Notes under the pieces: generated by a model
Database searches by the model: none
What the model was told of the DNA's origin: nothing
Seen by the model: the letters and a program-made list of their open reading frames with translations, nothing else
Source of the DNA: an uncultured beta proteobacterium
Lineage (GTDB): Bacteria > Pseudomonadota > Gammaproteobacteria > Burkholderiales > Casimicrobiaceae
Length of the DNA stretch: 64,000 nucleotides
Assembly (NCBI GenBank): GCA_963705175.1
Contig: CAVPJE010000009.1
Location: forward strand, 63,045 to 127,044
Direction: 5' to 3'
Made by a program: the position numbers and the translations under genes
Part shown: positions 35,601 through 46,467 of the stretch, in pieces
Layout: every line of letters starts with the position of its first letter
Position numbering within the stretch: position 1 is the stretch's first letter

Positions 35601-38600
35601 CGAGATCGTGGTCGAGCGACGCGAGGTGCTGCCCCGCCTCGTCGGCGAGGATTCGCCACAGCGTCGCGGACAGCGTGACGGTGCCGACGGTGATCTCTTC
35701 CGGCTCCGCCGGCACGGTCTCCGCGCGCTCGACCGGCGGCGTCGGCGCTGCGTCGTCGTGCAGCGTCGAGTGGAGGCAGTTCGATCGACGGGATGCTCGA
35801 CAACGTCGGCGGCTCGACCACACGCGGCAGGTCGACGACACGCGGCGGCGTCGACGATACGCGGCGGCTCGACCAAGCGAGGTTCGTCCGCGGACTGGAC
35901 CGACGCCGCCGACCTCGTGTTGTCCGCGACGAGCTTCAGCGTGACGCCGTGCACGGGCAGCGTCTCGAACGGCCGCGGCTTGTGCTCGCCCTCCGTCACC
36001 GCGGGCAGCGTGACGTCCTCTGCTCCCTCGTCGCCGGCCTCGACCTCGATCGAGGGCAATGCAACGCCGTCCGCGGCACCGAGCTCCGGGAGCTCGTCCT
36101 GCGTCGGCATGCCGCCAGGCGCATCCGGGTCGAGCGCCGGCGCGTTCGCCGCGCGATCGGACTCGCCTTCGTGCACGTCGTGCGGGAGGGCGGTCACCTC
36201 GATCTCGACGGCCGCCGGTTCAGGCGACACGATCGCGAAACCCGAGGCGTGGCCGGGCGGTGGCTGCTGGCCGGCCTTCGCCGAGCCGATCACCGAATCG
36301 CCGCCCGGCAACTCGGCCTCGACCGCACGGATCGCGGCGTGGAGCGCTGACGGGTCGGGCGTCACGCGCCCATGCTGCGACAGCGCGACGACCCACTCGC
36401 GGTACGTCGCCTCCGCGGTGCCGATCATCGCCAGCACCGCGGCGGTCACCGGCCGCTGTTCCTCGAGCAGCCGGTTGTGGATCTGCTCGACGTCGTACGC
36501 GTACTCGCCCAGGTCGGCCAGACCGACCATCCGTCCCGACCCCTTGAGCGTGTGGAAGCCCCGCCGCACGGTCGCCAGCGCCTCGCGATCGCCCCGGTTG
36601 GCGTCGAGCACCGCAAGGCTCGTGCGAATCGTTTCGAGGACCTCGCCGGCCTCCTCGAGGTAGATCTCGAGCAGCTCCGCATCGAGGCCGCTCGCGTCGA
36701 CCTCGAGGAGACGCTGCGTCTCCTCCGAGAGCTCGGGCAGCGGCGCGCCCGTGTCGGCGATCGCCTCGACCACGGCGGCGAGGTTGTGCGCCGCACCTCC
36801 CGCGTCGAACGCCGCGAGCGCGGCACCGGCCTGCTGCACGAGCTCGACGTCGCCGATCAGCTCGGCGTCGTCGCGCAGTGCCGCGAGCTTGATGCGCAGG
36901 CCCTCGCGCGCCGCGCGGTCGGCGGGTGCGCTCTGCACTTCGTCGAGCAGCCGGGGCAGCGCGGCACGCAGTTCCTCGACGGCCTGCTCGACCGAGTCGC
37001 GTTCGCCCGGCGCCTCGTTCGGCGCCTCGCCCAGCCGCCGCGCGATCAGCGGGGCGATCAGGCGGTCGCGCTCGGGCCGCTGCTGCTCGACGGCCTCGAT
37101 GTAGAAGCCGAGGCCGGAAAGCGACTCGGCGAGGAGCTCCAGCTCGTCGTTGCTGACCGGGACCTCGGGATCGAGGTACGTCTCGATCTGCGCCTGGCAC
37201 ATGCCGAGGAGGCGCTCGGCCTCGTCCAGGCCCAGGATCGTGAGCGCCCCGCGCACCTGCTCGCTGTCCTTGCGCAGCGACTCGAGCTCGGCGCGCTTGC
37301 CGTTGTCGCGGAAGAAGGCGTCGAGCACCTGCTCCATGTGGCGGAGGTTGGCCTGGATCTCGCGGCCGACCTGCGCGATCAGCACCCGCTCCTGCGCGCG
37401 GCGGCTCATCTCGTCCAGCACCGGCGCGCCGCCGTCCGCCGCCACGCGACCGGCCCGCGCAGCGTCGAGCCGCGCGATCATCTGCTCGACCTGGCGCGGG
37501 AAGTCCGCGGCGAGGTTCGAGTAGTTCTCGAAGGCGCTCTCGGCCAGGAGCAGCGCGGTCGCGAACTCCATCGCCACGGGCTCGGACACGCCTCCCGAAG
37601 GCAGCTTGTCCAGGCGCTCGACCAGTGCCGACGTGAGTTTCATCAGCGCGCCGTGCTTCATCTCGGCGGCCTTGGTGTGCACCGACGTCAGCGTGTGCTT
37701 GAGCTTGGGCAGGTTCTCGGCGCGCCCCGAGGCGAACTTGAGCCAGGTGTCCTTGGCGCCGGCGAGCTGCTCGCGCGCCTCGCGGATCTTCGGCTGCAGC
37801 AGCACGACGTCCGTCCCGATCGTCTCCGGCGACGGGATCAGACCGGCGAGACCGTAGGTGCGCTGCACCGCCTGCACCTGCGGCCCGACGGGCGCGGCGA
37901 TCGCCACGTGATAGAGCACTTCGCGGCGCAAGCGGTCGGCGACCTTCGCCGAGCCTTCCGCGACGCGACGGATCTGCAGGTCGATACGCGCGGCGAGCTG
38001 CTTCACGCCGAAACCGACTTCCAGTCCGTCGCCGGCCAGCGCCTCGACCAACGCGCCTGCCGTCCACCAGAACGTGCGCAGGCTCGACTGCGTCGCGACG
38101 TCCTCGATGCCGGCGATCGCCTCGCGCATCGTCTTGGCGCCGCCCGCGTCGCCGCGCAGCCAGGCGAGCAGCCCGCGCTGGTACTGCCGGCGCTGCTTGA
38201 TCAGCAGCGACGGCAACCGGCTCGCCGGCACGCTGTCGCGCGACGCGATGCGCGGCGCCCGCGCCGACAGGTCCGGGTAGAACAGGTCGGTAGGCGCGAC
38301 GGCGCGCACGCCGCGGGCGTGCTGCAGCGCCTCGTACTCGGGGAAGAGGCGCAGCGGCACCGGGGCCACGCCGCCGACGATCTCGTCGAGGAAGATCCTG
38401 AGCTTGCGGCACGCGCGGTCGACGCCGTCCACGGCGGCGGGCACCGATGCCGAGGGCAGCTCCTCGAGACGCGCGAGGTGCCGCTCGATCTCGTCGGTGA
38501 ACGCCACGACGGCGTCGAGCCCGACCATCTGGATCGCGCCGGCCGCCTGGTGCACGTGCGTGCGCGCGTGCTTGAGGTGCGACCGGTCGTCCGGATTGGC

Positions 38601-38708
38601 ACGCAACGCGGCGAGCGCGTCGAGGCCCCGGGCGAGCGACTGGTCGATCTCCTGCTGGACCCACGACAGCGGGCCGAGGTCGAAATCGGTAGCGAGTTCC
38701 GTGGCCAC
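32620..38708 (-). CDS. chpA: Chp chemosensory hybrid kinase (multi-Hpt CheA-like + CheW + REC); frameshifts near 35790, 34980, 34580
   Basis: Hpt motifs HTLKGS, HTFKGS, HTLCG; HLLRNALDHGIE, GRGVGMDVV; C-terminal receiver. Confidence 0.92.
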
Positions 38709-38873
38709 GGCGGTCGTTCCTTGCGCGTTTCGTTTACGCCTGTGCGAGCCCACGCGCGCGGCCTTCCACGCACCGGCCTCCCGATGCGCAGCCGCACGTC
38801 GTCGGCCGCCCTGCCGCGCTCCGGGTCGCATCCCCGCGGCAAGCCGCGGGGTCCCTGCTTCCCCGTGCGCGCG

Positions 38874-41084
38874 TCAGACTTTGAAGCCCGCTACGGAGGA
38901 GCGAAGCTCGGCGGCGAGGCGGGTCAGCTGCCCGATCGACACGTTGGTCTGCTTCGTGCCCTCGGTGGTCTCCTCGGTGATCCGCAGGATGCCCTGCATG
39001 CCCTTGGTCACCTCCGACACCGACGTCGACTGCATCTGCGTCTGCGACGAGATCCGGGCGATCAGCTCGGCCAGGTCGCGCGACACGTTCTGGATCTCGG
39101 AGAGCGCCTGGCCGGCGGCGTCGGAGAGCTTCGCGCCCTCGACCACGCCCACCGTCGACTTCTCCATGGCCGCGACCGCGTCCTGGGTGTCGGCCTGAAT
39201 GGTCTTCACGATCGCGTCGATCTGCTTGGTCGCCTCCGCGGAGCGCTCCGCGAGCCGCTGCACTTCCTCGGCCACGACGGTGAACCCGCGGCCGGCCTCG
39301 CCGGCCGACGCCGCCTGGATCGCGGCGTTCAGCGCGAGCACGTTGGTCTGCTCGGTGATGTCGGAGATGAGCTCCACGATCTCGCCGATCTCGAGCGACG
39401 ACTCGCCCAGCCGCTTGATCCGCTTCGACGTGTCCTGGATCTGCTTGCGGATGTCGTTCATGCCGTCGATCTGGTTCTTCACCGCGTGGCCGCCCTTCTC
39501 GGCGGCCGCGAGCGACTGCTGCGCGACCTTCGCCGAAGCGGACGCGGTCTGCGCGACCTCGCTGATCGACTGCGCCATCTGCAGGACCGAGTTCGAGGCC
39601 TGCTGGATCTCGCGGTTCTGCCGCTGCGACGCCTCGAACAGGCGGTTCGAGATCGACTGGGTCTCCTGCGTCGCCTTGGTCACCTGGTCGGTCGCCGAGT
39701 TGATGCCCTTGACCAGCGTGCGCAGCTCCTCGATCGTGAAGTTGATCGAGTCGGCGATCGCCCCGGTCACGTCCTCCGTCACCGATGCCTGCACCGTCAG
39801 GTCGCCGTCGGCCAGGTTGCCCATCTCGTTCAGGAGCCGCAGGATCGCCTCCTGGTTGCGCTTGTTCTCCTGCTCGCTGTCCTGCGCCCGCACGCGCGAG
39901 TCGTCGAGGTAGATCTTGCCGACGAGGACGAGGCTCGCCAGCGCGACGAGCCCGAGCAGGACCGCGGTCCAGAACGTGAACGTGCGCTCGATCCCGCCGC
40001 CCTCGAACACCGACGCGAGCTTGGTCGCGTCCTGGAGCAGCGGCTCGGACTCGTTGTTGATCGACCGCGCGCTCTGCTTGGCGATGGTCAGGCGCTGCAT
40101 GTTCTGCAGGATCGCGTTGACGCCCTGCTCGTAGCTCGCGAACCGCTTCGCGAGCTCGCCGAGCGTGGCGCGGGCGTCCTCGTTCCTCACCGCCGCGAGC
40201 CGCAGCGGCTCGCTGCCGCGCTGCAGGCCCGTCAGCACGTCGCGGAACGTCCCCGTGTCCTTGCCGAGCAGGAACGCCACCTCGGGGTCCACCTCGTCGC
40301 CGGAGGCGATCGCGTTGGCGTTCTTGGCGATCCGCTGCGAGAGCACCGCGAGCTGGTTCGCGAACTCGACGTCGCGCAGCGTCCCGCCGCCCTGGCCGAT
40401 CTGCTGCGCCGCCTGCTGCGACAGCTCGAGGACCGCGTTGTTGCCCTGGTTGATGCTCTCGAGCCCCTTCGCGAGCGTGGTGAGGCTCTGCTCGTTGTCG
40501 ACGAGCCGGCCCGCGGCGACGTCGACCTTCGCCCAGCGGTCCTTGATGCCGTTCAGGTGCTCGAGGATGGCGGGGTCCTGGACGACGTCCAGCGACTTGC
40601 CCCGCACCTCGCCGCCGTTCAGCAGCGCGTTCAGGTTCACCGCGAACCGCTCCCGGCTGTCGCGCACCGCGGCGAACGCGGGGGCCTGCCCCTGCGCGGC
40701 GAGCGCCGAGCCCCGCGCGAGGCGCTGCGAGAGCATCTGCATCTCGGTGGCGGTCGCGGTGGCCGCCGCGCCCTGCGACGCGGCCCGGTTGTCGAGCATG
40801 ATCATGAGCAGCGCCAGCACGAGCGCGGTGCCGAACACCGTGCCGAGGACCGACAGCTGCTTGGCCACCGGCATGTCGCCGATCAGCGGCAGCTTCCACG
40901 GCGCGATCGACTTCGCGGTGGCGGCGCGCAGCTGCTCCATCACCGAGACGGAGGCGAGCGGGTCGTAGCCGCTCGGGGCCGACGCGCCCATCTTGACCTG
41001 CGTCGTCGGCATGTCGAGCTCCGCTTCGGCTGCGGCGAGTTTCGGCTTCGGTTCGCCGAACAGCTTGGGCATCTTGAGGGCCAT
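38874..41084 (-). CDS. pilJ: Methyl-accepting chemotaxis protein PilJ
   Basis: Two TMs, [30 protein letters not shown]. Confidence 0.93.
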   Translation of the reverse strand: MALKMPKLFGEPKPKLAAAEAELDMPTTQVKMGASAPSGYDPLASVSVMEQLRAATAKSIAPWKLPLIGDMPVAKQLSVLGTVFGTALVLALLMIMLDNRAASQGAAATATATEMQMLSQRLARGSALAAQGQAPAFAAVRDSRERFAVNLNALLNGGEVRGKSLDVVQDPAILEHLNGIKDRWAKVDVAAGRLVDNEQSLTTLAKGLESINQGNNAVLELSQQAAQQIGQGGGTLRDVEFANQLAVLSQRIAKNANAIASGDEVDPEVAFLLGKDTGTFRDVLTGLQRGSEPLRLAAVRNEDARATLGELAKRFASYEQGVNAILQNMQRLTIAKQSARSINNESEPLLQDATKLASVFEGGGIERTFTFWTAVLLGLVALASLVLVGKIYLDDSRVRAQDSEQENKRNQEAILRLLNEMGNLADGDLTVQASVTEDVTGAIADSINFTIEELRTLVKGINSATDQVTKATQETQSISNRLFEASQRQNREIQQASNSVLQMAQSISEVAQTASASAKVAQQSLAAAEKGGHAVKNQIDGMNDIRKQIQDTSKRIKRLGESSLEIGEIVELISDITEQTNVLALNAAIQAASAGEAGRGFTVVAEEVQRLAERSAEATKQIDAIVKTIQADTQDAVAAMEKSTVGVVEGAKLSDAAGQALSEIQNVSRDLAELIARISSQTQMQSTSVSEVTKGMQGILRITEETTEGTKQTNVSIGQLTRLAAELRSSVAGFKV

Positions 41085-41119
41085 CTTTGCCTCCCGGACT
41101 TTCTCTCTTAGCGGCGACG

Positions 41120-41641
41120 TCAAGCGCCGACCTGCAGGAATTCGGGCTCGCGGGCGAGCCTGGCCAGGTCGATCTCCTGCCAGGCGTTGCCGTCCGCGTC
41201 GATCCAGCGCTGCGCGTACCAGGCGTGCGCGCCGGACGGCGCCGCCGCCGGCGCGAGCTCGGCGAGGTTGCGCAGGCCGAGCACCTGGGACACGACGATG
41301 CCGGCGTGAAGCTCGCCGGCGCGCGGCCCGAACAGCACGAGCCGGTTGTGCGAGGCCGGGGCGACGTTGCCGCGCCCGAGGAACCCCGCGAAGTCGATGA
41401 CGCTGTACAGATTGCCGCGGATGTTGGCGAGACCGTGGAACCACGGCTTGGTGAGCGGCACGTCGGCGCAGGGCGGCACCGCGATCACCTCGCCCGCGTC
41501 GGCCAGCCGGACGAGCCAGTTCTCGCCACCGCAGGAGAGTCCGAGGCGCGAGCTCTCGACCTGCGCGGCGGTCTTGCTCGCGAGCCGGGCGGCAAGCTCC
41601 TGCTGGAACGTACGGAGGTCGAGCTTCGCTGCGCGCGCCAT
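41120..41641 (-). CDS. pilI: CheW-like coupling protein
   Basis: [24 protein letters not shown]. Confidence 0.9.
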   Translation of the reverse strand: MARAAKLDLRTFQQELAARLASKTAAQVESSRLGLSCGGENWLVRLADAGEVIAVPPCADVPLTKPWFHGLANIRGNLYSVIDFAGFLGRGNVAPASHNRLVLFGPRAGELHAGIVVSQVLGLRNLAELAPAAAPSGAHAWYAQRWIDADGNAWQEIDLARLAREPEFLQVGA

Positions 41642-41659
41642 GGTCTTCGGTCCGGCGCG

Positions 41660-42025
41660 TCAGGCCACTGCGCCGATCTTCGCGAGCAGTTCCTCGCGGT
41701 TCACCGGCTTGACGATGTAGTCGCGCGCGCCCTGGCGCATGCCCCAGATCTTGTCGGTCTCCTGGCTCTTCGACGTGCACAGGATGATCGGAATCGCGCG
41801 CGTGTCGGGGTCACGGCTGATCGCGCGCGTCGCCTGGAACCCGTTCAACCCGGGCATCACGACATCCATGAGGATCAGGTCGGGACGCACCGACTTCGCC
41901 TTGAGGATCGCGTCCTCGCCGTTGTCGCACGCCACGACCTCGTAGCCGGCCTTGGTCAGCATGTCGTTCAGCACATGCCGCTCGGTCGGCGAGTCGTCGA
42001 CTATCAGGATCTTGCGGATCGACAT
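41660..42025 (-). CDS. pilH: Response regulator PilH
   Basis: [35 protein letters not shown]. Confidence 0.93.
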   Translation of the reverse strand: MSIRKILIVDDSPTERHVLNDMLTKAGYEVVACDNGEDAILKAKSVRPDLILMDVVMPGLNGFQATRAISRDPDTRAIPIILCTSKSQETDKIWGMRQGARDYIVKPVNREELLAKIGAVA

Positions 42026-42061
42026 GGGTGTTCGTTTCCTTCGTCGTTCTCGAAGCCCCGA

Positions 42062-42140
42062 CTCGGGGCGGCCCGGGAGGGTCACTGGACTACCCTCCGC
42101 GCTGACGCGCTTCGGGACCGATTCGCCCTCGGGGCGGCCC
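42062..42140. repeat. Intergenic element with two CTCGGGGCGGCCC copies
   Basis: Copies at 42062-42074 and 42128-42140; same 13-mer at 615 (one mismatch), 20667, 46398. Confidence 0.7.
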
Positions 42141-42147
42141 TTCGAGC

Positions 42148-42543
42148 TCACGCGGCGGCCTTGACGTGCGCGGCGACGGCCTTCAGCAGGCTCTCCTTGG
42201 TGAACGGCTTGGTGAGGTACTGGTCCGAGCCGACCATCCGGCCGCGAGCGCGGTCGAAGAGGCCGTCCTTGGACGAGAGCATGATCACCGGCGTGCGGTG
42301 GAACTTCGCGTTCTTCTTGATCAGCGCGCAGGTCTGGTAGCCGTCCAGGCGCGGCATCATGATGTCGCAGAACACGAGGTCCGGCTGGTGGTCGGCGATC
42401 TTCGCGAGCGCGTCGAAGCCGTCCTCGGCGAGGATCACCGTGCACCCGGCCTGCAGCAGGAAGATCTCGGCGCTGCGGCGAATGGTGTTCGAGTCGTCGA
42501 TCACCATCACCTTCACGCCCGGAAGCGGGGTCTGGTTGGCCAA
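42148..42543 (-). CDS. pilG: Response regulator PilG (TTG start inferred)
   Basis: VMVIDDSNTIRRSAE, LSSKDGLFDRARGR. Confidence 0.93.
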   Translation of the reverse strand: MANQTPLPGVKVMVIDDSNTIRRSAEIFLLQAGCTVILAEDGFDALAKIADHQPDLVFCDIMMPRLDGYQTCALIKKNAKFHRTPVIMLSSKDGLFDRARGRMVGSDQYLTKPFTKESLLKAVAAHVKAAA

Positions 42544-42832
42544 GGTATCTCGGTCCTTCGAAGTCCCGGCGCCGCCCCATGCGGCGCCGGCCGTGGGCCA
42601 GTTGTAGCCCACACGTCTCACGCCCCGGGCCGAGTCTGCCATGGCCCAAGCCCTATGCCTAGAGCACAAACCTTGCCTGAATCGCTTCCGGGGATCGAAA
42701 CACCGCCCGAATGCGCCGGCCGGGCAAGTTTCCCGACAGGCGGCTGCCGTTCCGCGGCAGGGGTTGCCGCGGATCGACGCGGCCCCGGGCGCGGAGTACG
42801 GCACGACGTGCCGTGAACGGCCCGGCAACGCG

Positions 42833-44348
42833 TCAGCGCCCCAGGAACATCCGATAGGCCGGGTTGCGCGTCTCGTCGACGTAGTCGTAGCCCAGCCGGT
42901 CGAGGAAGCGGCGGAACTCCGCCTTGTCGCCCGGGGGCACCTGCATTCCGACCAGCACCCGTCCGTAGTCGGCGCCGTGGTTGCGGTAGTGGAACAGGCT
43001 GATGTTCCAGCCGGCGCTCATGCTGTCGAGGAAGCGGGCGAGCGCCCCCGGACGCTCGGGGAACTCGAAGCGATAGACGATCTCGTTCTCCGCCGCCGGC
43101 GCGTGCCCGCCGACCAGGTGGCGCACGTGCAGCTTGGCCATCTCGTTGTCGGTCAGGTCGAAGGCCTCGATGCGGCGGCGCTTCAGCTCCGCGAGGATCT
43201 CGGCGGTCTCCTGCCGGCCCGCCACCTGGATGCCGACGAAGATGTGCGCGGCGTCCGCGCCGGCGTAACGGTAGTTGAACTCGGTGATCGAGCGATTGCC
43301 CACCAGCGCGATGAACTCCCGGAAGCTGCCGGGCCGCTCGGGAATCGTCACGGCGAGTATCGCCTCGCGGCGCTCGCCGACCTCGGCACGCTCGGCGACG
43401 AAGCGCAGGCGGTCGAAGTTCATGTTCGCGCCGCAGGCGATCGCGACCCAGGTGTGGCCGCGGCTCTTGTGCCGCTCGGCCCAGGCCTTGACGCCGGCGA
43501 CCGCCAGCGCGCCGGCCGGCTCGAGGATCGAGCGCGTGTCCTCGAAGACGTCCTTCAGCGCCGCGCAGGTGGCGTCGGTGTCGACCAGGATCACGTCGTC
43601 GACCAGCTGGCGCACGAGGCGGAACGTCTCCTTGCCGACCTGCTTCACGGCGACGCCGTCGGCGAAGAGCCCGACGTGCGGCAGCACGACGCGCCGGCCC
43701 GCGGCGAGCGAGCGCGCCATCGCGTCGGAGTCCACCGGCTGCACGCCGATGACCTTCACGTCCGGGCGCACGCGCTTCACGTAGGCGGCAATGCCGCTGA
43801 TCAACCCGCCGCCGCCGATCGCCACGAAGATCGCGTCGAGCGGGCCCTGCCACTGGCGCAGGATCTCCATGCCGATCGTGCCCTGTCCCGCGATCACGTC
43901 GGGGTCGTCGTAGGGGTGCACGAACGTGGCGTGCAGCGTTCGCCCGAGCTCGACCGCGTGCGCGTAGGCGTCGGAGTAGGAGTCGCCGAAGAGCACCACC
44001 TCGGCGCCGCGCCCTCGCACCGCGTCGACCTTGATCCGCGGGCGTGGTCACCGGCATCACGATCGTCGCCTTGCAGGAGAGGCGCTCGGCGGCGAGCGCC
44101 ACGCCCTGCGCGTGGTTGCCGGCGGACGCCGCGATCACGCCCCGGGCGCGCTCGGCCGCGGAGAGGTGCGCCATCTTGTTGTACGCGCCGCGGAGCTTGA
44201 ACGAGAACACCGGCTGCTGGTCCTCGCGCTTCAGCAGCACGCGGCTGCCGAGGCGGGCCGACAGCGTGGGCGCGAGGTCGAGCGGCGTCTCGATCGCGAC
44301 GTCGTAGACCTTCGCGGTGAGGATCTTCTGGAGGTAGTCGATGGCCAT
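42833..44348 (-). CDS. ilvA: Threonine ammonia-lyase, biosynthetic; frameshift near 44040
   Basis: [34 protein letters not shown]. Confidence 0.96.
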
Positions 44349-44434
44349 GGCAACGGCGCGCGCAGGGCTTTAGACTGTAGCACTTCCGCCGCGGCGATCC
44401 CGCACCCCCCGCCACGCCCTCCCGCCGCCACGCC

Positions 44435-45925
44435 ATGCCCCACCGACAAGTCGCCCATGCCCCACGGATGCTCGCGGTGGTGGACATGGGCAGCAACAGC
44501 TTCCGGCTCGAGGTCGGCCGCGTCGAGGGCGACCAGATCTTCCGCCTCGACACGTGGCGCGAGACGCTGCGCATCGGCGCGGGGATCGACGGCAAGGGCC
44601 GCCTCACGGCCAGCGCGCAGCGGACCGCCCTCGCGTGCCTCGCCCGCTTCGCCGAACGGCTGCGCGGCCTGCACCCGGGCGCAGTGCGGGCCGTGGCGAC
44701 CAACACCTTCCGCATCGCCACCAACGCGGACGAGTTCCTGCCGCGCGCCGAGGCCGCCCTCGGCTTTCCGATCGACATCATCGGCGGCCACGAGGAAGCG
44801 CGGCTGATCTACCTCGGCGTCGCCCACGTGCTGCCGTCGTCGGCCGCGCCGCGGCTCGTGATCGACATCGGCGGCGGCTCGACCGAGTTCATCATCGGCC
44901 GCGGCCTGGAACCCGAGCGCCTGGAGTCGCTCAAGGTCGGCTGCGTCGGCATGACGCAGCGGTTCTTCGCCGACGGCGCGCTCTCGGCGACCGCGTTTCG
45001 CGCGGCCGAGACGCACGCGCGCGCCGAGATCGAGGCCATCGCCAGGGACTTCGACCGCTCGCAGTGGCACGAGGCGTTCGCGTCCTCGGGCACCGCGCTC
45101 GCGCTGGCCGAGATCCTGGAAAGCAACGGACTGTCCGCCGGCGGCATCACCCCCGAAGGCCTCGCCCGCCTGCGCAAGCGCATGATCGGGGCGGGCCACG
45201 TCAGCCGCCTCAAGCTCGAGGGCCTGAAGCCGGCCCGCGCTCCGGTGCTGGCCGGGGGATTCGCGGTGATGCACGCGGCGATCGCCGAACTGTCGGTCGA
45301 GCGGATCAACCCGGTCGGCGGCGCGCTCCGGCTCGGCGTCCTCTACGACCTGCTCGGGCGCACGGTCGACCGCGACGCGCGCGTCGTGACCGTCGAGCGC
45401 TTCCTCGACCGCTACCGCATCGACCGCGCCCACGCGGAGCGCGTCGCGGCGATGGCGCGGGCGCTCTACCAGGCGGCGTCGAAGCAGCCGTCCGCGGACG
45501 CGGCGCAGAACATCGCCTGGGCCGGGTTGCTGCACGAGGTCGGCTTCACCGTCTCGCACATCGGCTACCACAAGCACGGCGCCTACATCCTGCAGTACGC
45601 GGACATGCCGGGGTTCTCGGCCGGCGAACAGTCGCGCCTCTCGCTCCTCGTGCTGGGCTGCCGCGGCGGCCTCGACAAGGTGCAGGCCGCGCTCGAGGAT
45701 CCCGACACACGCGCGCAGGTGCTCGCGCTGCGCCTCGCCGTGCTGCTCCACCACGCGCGGCGGCCGATCGCGCCGCCGCGCATCCTGCTCGAGGTCGGCA
45801 AGTCGATCCGCTTCGGCATGTCCAAGCGGTGGCTCGCGGCGCACCCGCTCACCGCGCACCTGCTCGAGAAGGAAATCGCGGAGTGGGCGGCGGCGGGCCA
45901 CCCGATCCGGCGCGCCACCGAGTGA
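44435..45925 (+). CDS. ppx: Exopolyphosphatase Ppx/GppA
   Basis: DMGSNSF, EEARLIY, DIGGGSTE, LHEVG. Confidence 0.95.
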   Translation: MPHRQVAHAPRMLAVVDMGSNSFRLEVGRVEGDQIFRLDTWRETLRIGAGIDGKGRLTASAQRTALACLARFAERLRGLHPGAVRAVATNTFRIATNADEFLPRAEAALGFPIDIIGGHEEARLIYLGVAHVLPSSAAPRLVIDIGGGSTEFIIGRGLEPERLESLKVGCVGMTQRFFADGALSATAFRAAETHARAEIEAIARDFDRSQWHEAFASSGTALALAEILESNGLSAGGITPEGLARLRKRMIGAGHVSRLKLEGLKPARAPVLAGGFAVMHAAIAELSVERINPVGGALRLGVLYDLLGRTVDRDARVVTVERFLDRYRIDRAHAERVAAMARALYQAASKQPSADAAQNIAWAGLLHEVGFTVSHIGYHKHGAYILQYADMPGFSAGEQSRLSLLVLGCRGGLDKVQAALEDPDTRAQVLALRLAVLLHHARRPIAPPRILLEVGKSIRFGMSKRWLAAHPLTAHLLEKEIAEWAAAGHPIRRATE

Positions 45926-45931
45926 GGCCGG

Positions 45932-46385
45932 TCAGACGAACTCGGGACCGATCGCGACCCGCAGCACGACCGCGGCACTGCCCATCCGGTCGCGGTTGGT
46001 GAGCCACCACACCGCGCCCTTCTTCACCGACCAGTACGCTTCCTCGCCGGACAGCAGGAACGACGCGACCGCACCGAGCGTCGGCTGGTGCCCGACGATC
46101 AGCACCGGCTCGCGCGACTCGGGCCAGTTCGCGGCCGCGAGCAGCGCGGCGACCGACCCGCCGGGAGCGAGATCGTCGACCGTGCGGAACTTGCGGCCGA
46201 GCGCGGCAGCCGTCTGCTGCGCCCGGTCGGCCGGGGACACCAGCACCCGGGACGTAGTCCGGGAGGTGGCGCTCGAGCCACGCGGCCATGCGCGCGGCCT
46301 GCTTGACGCCCTTCGGGGTCAGACGCCGCCCGTGGTCCGGCTCGCCCGGCTCGGCTTCGGCGTGCCGCCAGAGGATCAGGTCCAT
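45932..46385 (-). CDS. sixA: Phosphohistidine phosphatase SixA-like; frameshift near 46255
   Basis: LILWRHAEA, SPADRAQQT, VGHQP. Confidence 0.88.
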
Positions 46386-46460
46386 GTCAGTCCCGATGGG
46401 CCGCCCCGAGGGACTGACGCCGCCCGCTGGGGGCAGCGAGCGAAGAGAGCGTGGGGGTCG
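46386..46460. repeat. GGGCCGCCCCGAG-family intergenic element with hairpin
   Basis: GTCAGTCCC...GGGACTGAC arms enclose the 13-mer core. Confidence 0.65.
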
Positions 46461-46467
46461 TGTCATC

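Noticed and set aside
36372-41111. 1579-aa plus-strand ORF and similar long antisense ORFs (2877, 32389, 46288)
   Set aside because: Codon-bias shadows of chpA/pilJ, groEL and ppk1, without recognisable motifs
32620-42543. Pil-Chp cluster lacking CheR/CheB homologs
   Set aside because: Compact pilGHIJ-chpA clusters are common in betaproteobacteria
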